Below are positions 54,206 through 64,000 of a stretch of 64,000 nucleotides of DNA, piece after piece; position 1 is the stretch's first letter, and the number at the start of each line of letters is the position of its first letter. The stretch is from Tubulanus polymorphus (Eukaryota > Animalia > Nemertea): assembly GCF_964204645.1 (NCBI RefSeq), contig NC_134027.1:20112560-20176559 (forward strand), in the 5' to 3' direction. The position numbers and the translations under genes were made by a program. The notes beneath the pieces were generated by a model. It worked only from the letters and a program-made list of their open reading frames with translations, was not told the DNA's origin and ran no database searches.

Positions 54206-54852
54206 CTAAAATTAAAGAAGATTTCCACCAAAATTAGCCTGCTTCTGGATTCTTGAGTATGTCTTTTCTTGAGCTAGGTAACCAACTTCTCTAAGGGATT
54301 AAAAGAATTGATATTTTCACAACTCAGAGCACATTCCATCAAATCTAAGACCATTTTGAGCTCCGCAGAATGGGGATCAAAATATTTTGACATGCACTTT
54401 TCTTGAATTTCTCAGATTTTCATGGTTTTTCAGATTTTCAAAATCATTAACATTTTTCTCAACATCTTCAATCCCTGGTTCTTAGTTTGTCTTGACCATA
54501 TCTGCACTGGGTCTATTCACGCAAATTTTGGTGCTGTAGCATTGTAGTTTAATGATACAATCAGGTTTGAAGGCAGGTATTCATGGAGCCACTCTTAAGT
54601 CCATCACCCATTTTTGATAGAGATTGGCAACAAGTTAATTCACAAACCGGATGTTTAGGTACCTAAAAACCTTTGTTTCTAGAGGAAAAATTTTCATTCA
54701 CAACTACAATTATACAAAAATACACCTCCTTACTAGAACCGCCCGAAAAATACTCATTCTTATTTCACCTCTTACACAATAACCGGTAGACAACCATATC
54801 CGAGAACATCCGGTATATCTAGCTAGTGAGATAGTGTTGATGAGAAACTTAC

Positions 54853-55001
54853 AGCTTGTAATCCGGTGACTGCTTTATCCGGACTGGCTGTTAGTATACT
54901 GACTAGAGTTGGTAACAATCGCTGATGCAACGTCTGAACGCAAGCTTCATTCGATGACAAAACTTTAAATATATCCTCAACCAGACTGACAATCAGTGCA
55001 T
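54853..55001 (-). CDS. IPO9: Importin-9 exon
   Basis: DALIVSLVEDIFKVLS...RLLPTLVSIL...GLQA, 149 bp. Confidence 0.93.
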
Positions 55002-55554
55002 CTAGAAAAAACAATCTTTTATGAAATCTAATTTTCTTTAATACAGATAATTGGACCTGTAAGGATAAAAGTTTGACTTTGAGTAAAAGGTTACTAACTC
55101 AGGATAATTGCTTATAGCTGATTTGACTTAAAGCAAGAATAATAAAGCTTATAGATTGTATAAACCCTTTCAAAAAAGAAGCCATCTTGAAGACTGGCAA
55201 GTTTCCCAATGTCTGACAGATGGAGTTGTATTTTCATATCTGTGAAACGCTATGCCAGAGTTCACCATCCGAAGTTAAGCAACAACCAGCATTATGAATA
55301 TGGCATCAACAAAAGATAGAAAAGCCTAATATAGTTGAAAAATTGTGAATCTGTGAATCAAATCAATTTACAATCTCATTTTATGAGAATTATCCATGAA
55401 TCAGAATTTGAATATCGATTATGAAGTAAGAATTGGTATTCAAAGCCCACAAGTGATTGGTCAATATGTGATGGTATTTCAGCCCATTGACCCATGAGAA
55501 GTGTTTATTTTCAGCCTGAGAGGTAGAAAACTGGGTTTAATCAGTGCAACGTAC

Positions 55555-55633
55555 CTGATGAGTATTTAAGTAAAACAGCGATAGCTAATGGGGCGATCTT
55601 GACTTCGTTCGCAGCTGTAAATGCTTTATCTAC
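55555..55633 (-). CDS. IPO9: Importin-9 exon
   Basis: VDKAFTAANEVKIAPLAIAVLLKYSS, 79 bp. Confidence 0.92.
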
Positions 55634-55867
55634 CTGTAAAATACGTAGAGATTGACCGTTCAATCAGCGCATGAAATTTTCATTGATAAATAGAATGTAT
55701 CTGGAATAAAAGATACATCTGAGTAGGAAAAGATACATCTGAGTAGGAACACTTTTCCAGATTAATGAACTGATAAATGCGTCAAGTTATGTGGCAGCTA
55801 GCCACGTATATGTACATCCCAGTGTACACTGAATTTCACATGCATACATAATACATGAAACACTCAC

Positions 55868-56102
55868 CGAAATGACGATGCTCAATGTTTCGAGTGACAG
55901 AGCAAGAATATTGACGTCTGCAGAGAATTGTTGTGCGATCGACACCAGTCCATCGGTTATGTTGCCGAGGAATGGAGCCAATAGTTGTGTATTATTCGAT
56001 TGTTTCAGATGATCGAAGAATCCGAATGCAGCGCGTATTGCTGATATACGAACACAGGCTGGCCGCTCAGGATGCAGACCATTGACATTCACTTGTAAAA
56101 AC
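55868..56102 (-). CDS. IPO9: Importin-9 exon
   Basis: FLQVNVNGLHPERPACVRISAIRA...LETLSIVIS, 235 bp. Confidence 0.93.
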
Positions 56103-56201
56103 CTATAATCATACAATTCAACACTTACTTAAGTTTGACATAAAACATGGCTGAATCACAAAATAATAAAGGACCTAGGGTCCAGTAGGATCAACTGAGT
56201 A

Positions 56202-56809
56202 CCGTATTTTCCGGCCAATAAGCCGATTTTCTAGCCTCAGATTTTTACCCAAAATATCGTGATCGGCTTATTGGGCGGATACGATCTGACATAAAAAATC
56301 ACTTCCTGATCTATGCCACTCTAATGCTCTCAATGATCGTCAAAATCAAGAAAAGTGGTCGATATTTATTTGAGGTCATTATTTACTACCAATTATAATC
56401 TATTTTGAACTATTTTATTCTTACTTTGATTGTTCCATCACCGCACAGCGGCAATGGTATACATTTATATAACGCGCGAGTTCATCGTACTACCACGTAT
56501 CAGTTCATACATTAGTATATATGCAAATCAGCAGTGAGCCGCGTACTGCGTGTATGGCTGTGTGTATAGTAATCAGCTGAGTGAGTCTATATATAGCACA
56601 GTCACTCGGCGATGATAGTATACACAGCACTCTCACACATCGGCGGGCGCTACTGTCAGCCTCTTAAATCGTCAATTAAGACGAACTAATTGACAAATCA
56701 GTGAATTAAAATCTCTGATGAAGGACCTCGGCTTATTGGGCGAAGCTTTATGAAATCCATGTATTTTAGGCTAAAAAACTGCCCTCAGCTTATTGGCCGG
56801 AAAATACGG
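56202..56809. mobile_element. Tc1/mariner-type MITE in an IPO9 intron
   Basis: Perfect 22-bp TIR CCGTATTTTCCGGCCAATAAGC and TA TSD. Confidence 0.9.
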
Positions 56810-57698
56810 TACATATTTAGTTTCGAGCACAAAAATCGATTTGTTCTTGGATAAACAGCTGATAAAGATGAAATCATCGTAATCTGTGTAGTAAGCATGT
56901 TCAACTTTGATGATATACATGGTAATAGGTTTTCCCTATGAGTCACAGGTACATGGTAGAACAGTTCTTGATAATAATGTCACTGGGAAAGCCCTTCTAG
57001 ATGTGATGTCAGGAAACAAGGTCAAACATCGATTAGTAGAATGGGGAAAAATTCAGTTTCGCACATTTTCTCCAAGCACTTCCAAACAGCTTAGAGCTGA
57101 TGGCCGAAATTTGCCATATCAATTCCAATACTTATTTCCCTCCTAATGACAAAATATCAGTAATGTTTATCCATCGGTGACAATTTGTGCCACTAAGAGC
57201 TAACAGAGAGTTACTCTCAGAACCATTCTATAAGGATCAACACAGTTGATATTAGTTTCCATCAACATTTACATAATTGTATGTAAAACATGATATTTCA
57301 GCCAATTTCCCATAAACTGGACGGATTTCATTGGTCTGAAATGATCCAAAAGGGGGGAACTGTAAGACTAAAACACAGCTTCAAGCTGATTGATGTTGAA
57401 TACAATAAACCGATGATACAAATGATTTTAAGCATTTATGAACTCATATTTCATAGTTTTCACATAGGTAAAAAAACTGCCACCAAGTGACGACTTTGAA
57501 AGACTGATAGTTTGACTTGAAGGGTAGTTGAATCGAAAAATTTGCCTTTGAAGATAACATATCAATTCGAAATAAAAATACGGCAGAAAATCTGAATATC
57601 AATTAAGATCCACCTATGCATGAATGTATGCAAAATATGACGAATAATCTGGATTTTTAGCAGTTCGGAGGGAAGAACTTGAGAATTAAGAAACTTAC

Positions 57699-57777
57699 TG
57701 TTGCAGAAGTTCAGCAGTGAGGGATGAAGCAAATCTACTCGTCATCCACAAGGCTCTTCCCAATAAAAATGGTGACA
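57699..57777 (-). CDS. IPO9: Importin-9 exon
   Basis: VSPFLLGRALWMTSRFASSLTAELLQQ, 79 bp. Confidence 0.93.
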
Positions 57778-58232
57778 CTAAAAAATACATATCGGCTTTT
57801 TCTATATTGATATTTGAAAACTGTGCAAATGTTAACAAATGTTTAGAATTGGAATGAATATGGACATTTTTCCTTGGGTTTTGGAACTAGCTGCAGCATG
57901 CTCACTAGGAAAGTTGTCTGATAAGCTTAACATTCATAAATTTCAAAACTCAGCAACACCTGGTGAACATATACAGAAACCAAGGACCTCGAAGTCGTCA
58001 CAATCATTAAACATGTCATAAGCTTCCATAATAGAAAGTCATGATCTACAAGTTTGCTACTGATTGTGAAAATATGCATAGGTTCTGATACACCAAAGCG
58101 TGTCCAAAACTTCCGAGAATAATTAGATTTTGTCAAAAGACAGACAGACGAAGGTAATTGTAATGGACTTAAGTTCCAAGTGACATAAAAAGGGATTTGA
58201 AATATTATCAACTAGGAATTCGTCAAGCCTAC

Positions 58233-58372
58233 CATCAGCATTCATATCAGGCATGACGAAATTTTGCAGGAAAGTCACGATATTAAACTCTATTTTGCCT
58301 GTCGCTGCAGTGTCAAGAATCAATTGACGCAAACATCCTAAAGTTAGCATACAAATTTCGTGTAGTTTCCAC
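58233..58372 (-). CDS. IPO9: Importin-9 exon
   Basis: WKLHEICMLTLG...FLQNFVMPDMNAD, 140 bp. Confidence 0.93.
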
Positions 58373-59059
58373 CTGAAATAATGAGAAGTGCGAATTTAAT
58401 AAGAGGCAACTAATCACAGCAAATGGTGTACAAAATGAAAGCTTATGGCTAGAAGGCCAGATACACATGACTTATGCACAAATCAATCTGCTGCCAGGAC
58501 CCTACTTCCCACAGACAACACACATTTGAAGTCTGGATGATCTAATTTTGCACGCATGGCAATATGAAAATCTGTAGGGAATCCGGTAGGTGATGATGCA
58601 CTGGTTCATAGTGAACACTATAGCAGTACAAACATATCGATAAACAATGTTTGACAGTCCAGGCATTCTCACACATAGGGACTGTTCATTGTAGAGAGGT
58701 AAAATGTTTGGTATGAGAAAAAGTGTTAACGTTTCACTGTTCATTGTAGAGACGTTCTACCTGGAACAAGAAAATTTTGGTTTCATTGAAAAAGCATTCA
58801 TTGTGGGAGGTGTTCGTTGGCAACAGGTGTTTGTTATGAACGAAACAAAGATAGCTGGTTACCTTTGTATTTTTCTACAATAACATTATTCCGTAACATT
58901 TTAATTTCTGTCACCTTATTCAAAACAATGTTGCATTGTTTTAAATTGTTTAAATTGATGGCTGATTTTCTGAGGGAATGGGTTCAAACAGCAGATTGAA
59001 AGCTGCATGAAGTTCAATCTGGTCATCAATCCTGTTGTTAAATATGGCTATAATCTTAC

Positions 59060-59166
59060 CAATGTTGATTTCCGGCATTTTTTAAACCATCTGCTTCTTG
59101 TAAATATCTCTGAACGCTTTTACAAATCGCGACAACTGCAATCGTTGGAAAATCACTAGCCAACGT
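59060..59166 (-). CDS. IPO9: Importin-9 exon
   Basis: TLASDFP...RYLQEADGLKNAGNQHW, 107 bp. Confidence 0.92.
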
Positions 59167-59700
59167 CTGCAATACAGAACGAAAATGGATTTATTTTACA
59201 AACAAACAGAACTTTTCAACGATATAACATTCTGAGCTTACAACATGACAAAGTCGACATGAAGCTACCCAATAGATAAAGGGATAGCTCTGAATGTATA
59301 ATTTGATATTCTTGGAGCCATTCCCATCGGATACATGCATGAAAACTAAAACCTAGAACCTAGTGATTGAACCGATGATACTGTGTAACATTTTGTTAAA
59401 ACACAACTGATCGCATTCATTTACAAATTTAGTCGGAAGAACATTTATACAAACTCTGACCAAATAATGATTTTTAAATTTTCTCAGTACCGACTTATAC
59501 CATAGCTGAATATTTTCAAAAACCATGGCATAGGGACCATACTCGAAATTGGTTCAACTCGGGTTCTTTAACTAGTCTCTGCTGTAGTACTTTCTACCAT
59601 AAATGGACACGTCATGACACTATGGAAAATACTTTGAGTTACTGAACTGCGTATGTCAGTACTTCAATTCTCATTTGACAATCGAGCAGTTGTTACGAAC

Positions 59701-59799
59701 CAGAAGTAAATCTTGGGCGCAAATCCGAACGGAATACGAGAAAGTGTCGTCATCTTCATCTTCAACAAACTGATCAGGATTTAGTTCCCACGTTCTCAT
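59701..59799 (-). CDS. IPO9: Importin-9 exon
   Basis: [33 protein letters not shown], 99 bp. Confidence 0.96.
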
Positions 59800-60041
59800 C
59801 TGAAAAATACAAATATGCCCCTATATAAAGATTGAGTACTAATACTAATAGTCATTATACTAATAGTCTTTTATCATGTAAAAAGGCAAAAAGGACATAA
59901 CACATCCTCCGCAGCCTAATTAGCCCCAGTGTGCAGTGACATACGCGTTAAGCCGTGATGTAATCACTAGCCAATCACATACCACATTTCAGCCCAGGTT
60001 AGAAAAATTCTTTCAGGAAAGAATGAAATATGACAGTGGCA

Positions 60042-60324
60042 TTAATAAGATAAAATCCCACTATTTACAGATAAAAAAAATTTAAAAACCAGAATTTATT
60101 TATTAAATCTAAAATATTTAAAAGACACGACGTTTCGATCTCACCCTAGAGATCATCGTCAGGTGTCCTGACGATGATCTCTAGGGTGAGATCGAAACGT
60201 CGGGTCTTTTAAATATTTTAGATTTAATAAATAAATTCTGGTTTTTAAATTATTTTTTTAAATCTGTAAATAGTGGGATTTTATCTTATTATCCGTTCAC
60301 CACGTTTGAGTGTGGTCATCGTTC
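60042..60324. mobile_element. Penelope pLTR-derived fold-back insertion carrying minimal hammerhead motifs
   Basis: ~120-bp inverted arms 60043-60163 and 60167-60291, with a 13-bp TSD TATGACAGTGGCA (60029-60041, 60325-60337). Confidence 0.85.
60166..60206 (+). ncRNA. Minimal type I hammerhead ribozyme motif (mirror copy on the minus strand at ~60124-60163)
   Basis: CTGACGA, stem II GATCTC/GAGATC, then GAAAC-GTC. Confidence 0.7.
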
Positions 60325-60386
60325 TATGACAGTGGCAGTCATATCACAGACCAGGAAAAGGTACCTTCTCGATGAAATAGCCTTAC

Positions 60387-60538
60387 CTGTTCTTCAGTCA
60401 ACTGCATATAAAGCATTGCGTAATAAACAATGTCATCCATATTCTTCTTCACTAAATGCCGGAATTTGTTCACTTCGATCAAAACGTGTACGAAATCAAA
60501 GATCGCGATCACAAAATTATTGAATCCCAAAACTTCTC
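60387..60538 (-). CDS. IPO9: Importin-9 exon
   Basis: GEVLGFNNFVIAIFDFVHVLIE...YYAMLYMQLTEEQ, 152 bp. Confidence 0.96.
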
Positions 60539-62140
60539 CTGAAAGAATTGATGTAAGAACATTTTCATTAATAAAGCGACAAAAAAGTTGGAGACCAAAA
60601 ACTCTTTCACACTGCTAGACCTGTTCCCCCCGTGTTTTTTAATCATTTCAATCATTGCTATTGTCATTTACTCCACCGCTAGTTTATAGTGTAGACACTT
60701 ATAGGCAGCGATACCAGAAGATTTAGTATCAAAAGTGTATTTTTCTGTTTATTACACATCATAATCAATAATTATAAGCATATAAATCCTCGTTTTGAAA
60801 GATCTCAAAGAAAGAGTAAATTCGTCAAATCAATAGAATATTGGGTAGCCACAGTGACCATGTTTATTGAACACTTAACCCTTTAAGCACCAGGCGAATG
60901 TACATAAAACTACCCCCAAGCGCCAGCCATTTTTTAAATAAATGATATATGTATAGGGGGTTTTAAGCCTGATAACATCATGAGATTAAGTAACATTCCT
61001 GCCTCATAAGGATTTGAACAAGAGGCTGACAAGTCTTTCCCAGTACAACAGATTGGTCCCCACATATTATCATCCTTCCCCAGCAGGGATTTGAACCTGA
61101 TGGCAATCGAGATTGCCACGGTACGAAACCCTGCCACACTAGACCGAGTGCGCAGCTACACTGATTGGTACTGCAAGTTTTCGTGCGGCAAAGCTCCGCA
61201 TGTACTTGCGCACCAGGTCTACTGTGGCAGGGGTTCGTGCCGTGGCTGAGTGTAACGATGCCATCAGGTTCGAATCCTTGCCATGGGAGGATGACATATT
61301 ATCAGTGTTGTCAAATACTATGGCTAGGGTTTGTACAATGTATCATTATCAGGTTGGATATTTTACTGGTTTACTGGAATGTAGGAAAAATATGAAATAA
61401 GATTTAACAATTCAAACTGAAATGAATTAAGAAAATTGAAAGCAAAAACGAATTTTTGTATATTCAATCATTTTACAAAGTAATTAAAACACTTCTTAAA
61501 AGACTTACCCTCGATTAAAGGGTCTTGATCTAATCAGTGAAACAATCAATCATTTCATTCACTAATGATTACCGCGGATTTTACTTAAAATCGATAGTAT
61601 ATTGTAAACACTTTCCCTTTTATTTCCTCATTAAACTCAAACCTTTGAAAACTAGAATATGTGGAATGTTTTTTTTGTGTGGATCATTGGGGTAGTTTTC
61701 AGAACAGATTAGTCCTCTCCTCAGGCCATATCAGAGCAATTCTCGCAGTTGGAATTCAATTGAATATCATCTTTACGCTTCACTGACTGTAAGTCTCCCA
61801 TTCGGTGCCATTTTGCCTTTTGTTTTACCACAAAACTTGTCGAAAGTTCATAAAACTTTTGAATTCACTCACAAAATCTACCAGAGCACCACCTGGTAGA
61901 TGTTTACTACCACAAGGAAGCGTTCAAATACAATAGGGTTCGAGTCCCGACATAATAATCTAATGTAAAGAATCTAATGTAAAGTGACCCCCTTCGGGGA
62001 ATGGGGTGTGTATATTCTGTATATGTTTTACTGGCATTTCTGGAATCAAAGATGGTCACCAGTCAGCCATATAGGATGGCATTACCGATACATGATGTCA
62101 CCTAACATTCTCATGTGGTAATCTGCTAATACATAATGTC

Positions 62141-62390
62141 ATCTGACATTCTTATATGATATACAAAATGCTCTAAATAAAATACACTCACAGTTACAGA
62201 CCAAAATGTGCATTTTTGAAATCAAAGATGGCCACCAGTCAGCCATCTTGAATAGCATAATGACTGAAATTCATCTACAGATTCATATACATTGTGGAAT
62301 CTGACATTCTTATATGATATACAAAATGCTCTAAATAAAATACACTCACAGTTACAGACCAAAATGTGCATTTTTGAAATCAAAGATGGC
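62141..62390. repeat. 158-bp-period tandem duplication within an intronic repeat
   Basis: Identical ~92 bp blocks at 62141-62232 and 62299-62390. Confidence 0.85.
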
Positions 62391-62930
62391 TACTGGTCAG
62401 TAATCTTGGATGTTATTACGGCTTATGTCATCTAAGATTATCACGTTAAAAATCAATATGGCAGCGAGTACTTGGTACATAGTATAATGCGCGAATGTGG
62501 ACCTCGATCGTGGATTATGACCAGCTTGTGATGCAGTTATGCTACCATTCAGGGAATGAGACCGGAAATCCAGGTCATTCGCTGAATACATCTGTAAAGA
62601 GTGGACGTGAATAATAAAGAATATAATAATTATAGAATCATTATCATTTCTCCGTCAGTATTCATTTATTATCACAGGATCTGTCGGCTGAGGATTTGTC
62701 CAAAATATTCTTAGCATGTCGGCATATGGCAAAAAAGGGTATCAATATAGTTTGACAGAAACTTTTCTTGAATTCTTTACACAATTTTGTAATTCTCATA
62801 ATAGACTTTTCAAAGCAGATATGCATTTTTCACAAAATTTCCATTTTTCTGACCCCTGCTGAATGAAACCACCAAGCAACCATTGTTTGCTTCTCTACAA
62901 CCTGACTATATGAACGCAACATGAACTTAC

Positions 62931-62989
62931 CGTCTGAATCTACCGGATCATCTCTGGCGTCGGTATCATTAACACACGTTCTCACATAA
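62931..62989 (-). CDS. IPO9: Importin-9 exon (5'-most in the window)
   Basis: YVRTCVNDTDARDDPVDSD(G), 59 bp, phase-compatible with the next exon. Confidence 0.92.
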
Positions 62990-64000
62990 CTAATAAACTA
63001 TGTTAAAGAACATGAAATACCAATATGGCACTGACTCAACAGTAGAAACCAGGCGGCACCATTATAAGGTCAATCCAAATTACAAAGTTGCAAGATTTCT
63101 GATCATCCGTTACCAGTTTTATATCGACCCTTTCTACATTTTTCGCAATTCAATTTCATAATATGTGGAGGATACGAACTATTTGAAATTTCCACATCTA
63201 CACATTTAGTTTTCGGAGTTAATTTCTTATCATAATTCCCTCCTTGTGCTACATTTTCAGAGGTACAGAAATATGCCGGGGCTTCGCCAAAATACATCCA
63301 CACATGGTTAACTAACGATACAAGAGAATTTCCGCTCTAGCATGCTGTAGGTCCAAGGTGCACGAAAAAGTTTCAATCATTTAAAGGATACACGTCAGCG
63401 CTTTGCGTAAGACAGTGCCAAACCCACGGTAAAATCTGCGGTATCCACTGACTCATTCGTTTCGGGAAATTCTTCACTAAATTCGTCAGCGCCTGATGAA
63501 AACAAGGAGCACAAAAATGAAACATCATTTTACGTACCTAATAACGTAGGTTGTAGATGAAGGGCCATCCTTAATGATGCCAATTTTTGACCACATCACA
63601 CATTACATACATAGGGAAAAGTGGCTGATTTTTACTCTCTTGGCCACCTTATAAAGTCTTCCATGATAGCTAGGCCAATCATTCTGTTGATGACTTATCA
63701 AAATGACGAATTACACCTTGTAATTTGAATTGCAAGTAGAAATTGGACTAGAAAATAGTGACTGTAGTAATGCGATGACTATCAGATTTGACCGTAATTC
63801 CATGAAAGTCAAATTTCAATTCGAGATTTAACGAATTCTAGAAAGACTTTCAACCTTAAGTATTTCCATTTTCAGTCCGTTGTCCGAGGTGTCGCCATCC
63901 GGGATTTCTAACGCTTTCACGAAAGCTTCGGTGAACTGCGGCAAAATCGGAAACAAAAGCTGTTTAGCAACGTTTCGATTCAACTCTGACATGGGCGCAA

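Overview
AT-rich eukaryotic DNA, probably from a marine invertebrate animal, with spliceosomal introns and two distinct domains. (1) 51230-62989 holds eleven intact, phase-compatible minus-strand exons of importin-9 (IPO9) separated by 0.2-2.6 kb introns. The 5' exons lie beyond the window, and I found no C-terminal exons in the remaining 51 kb. (2) 1-51200 is a nested transposon graveyard: Penelope-like elements (one with an SGNH esterase ORF), a Gmr1-type Gypsy, Gypsy gag/pol/env pieces, DIRS/Ngaro gag, CR1/L2 LINEs, hAT, two piggyBacs, pogo/Tigger, Tc1-like and Chapaev-like remnants, and many MITEs. The most striking pattern is that all of the roughly two dozen recognisable TE coding fragments lie on the + strand, antisense to IPO9 transcription. 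This fits a flamenco-like uni-strand piRNA cluster or TE trap inside or downstream of IPO9. Two other features stand out: a ~655 bp TIR-less element present twice, bounded by CCAG direct repeats with subterminal hairpins and similar targets, and a hammerhead-bearing fold-back insertion in an IPO9 intron. All calls come from reading motifs by eye; no searches were run.
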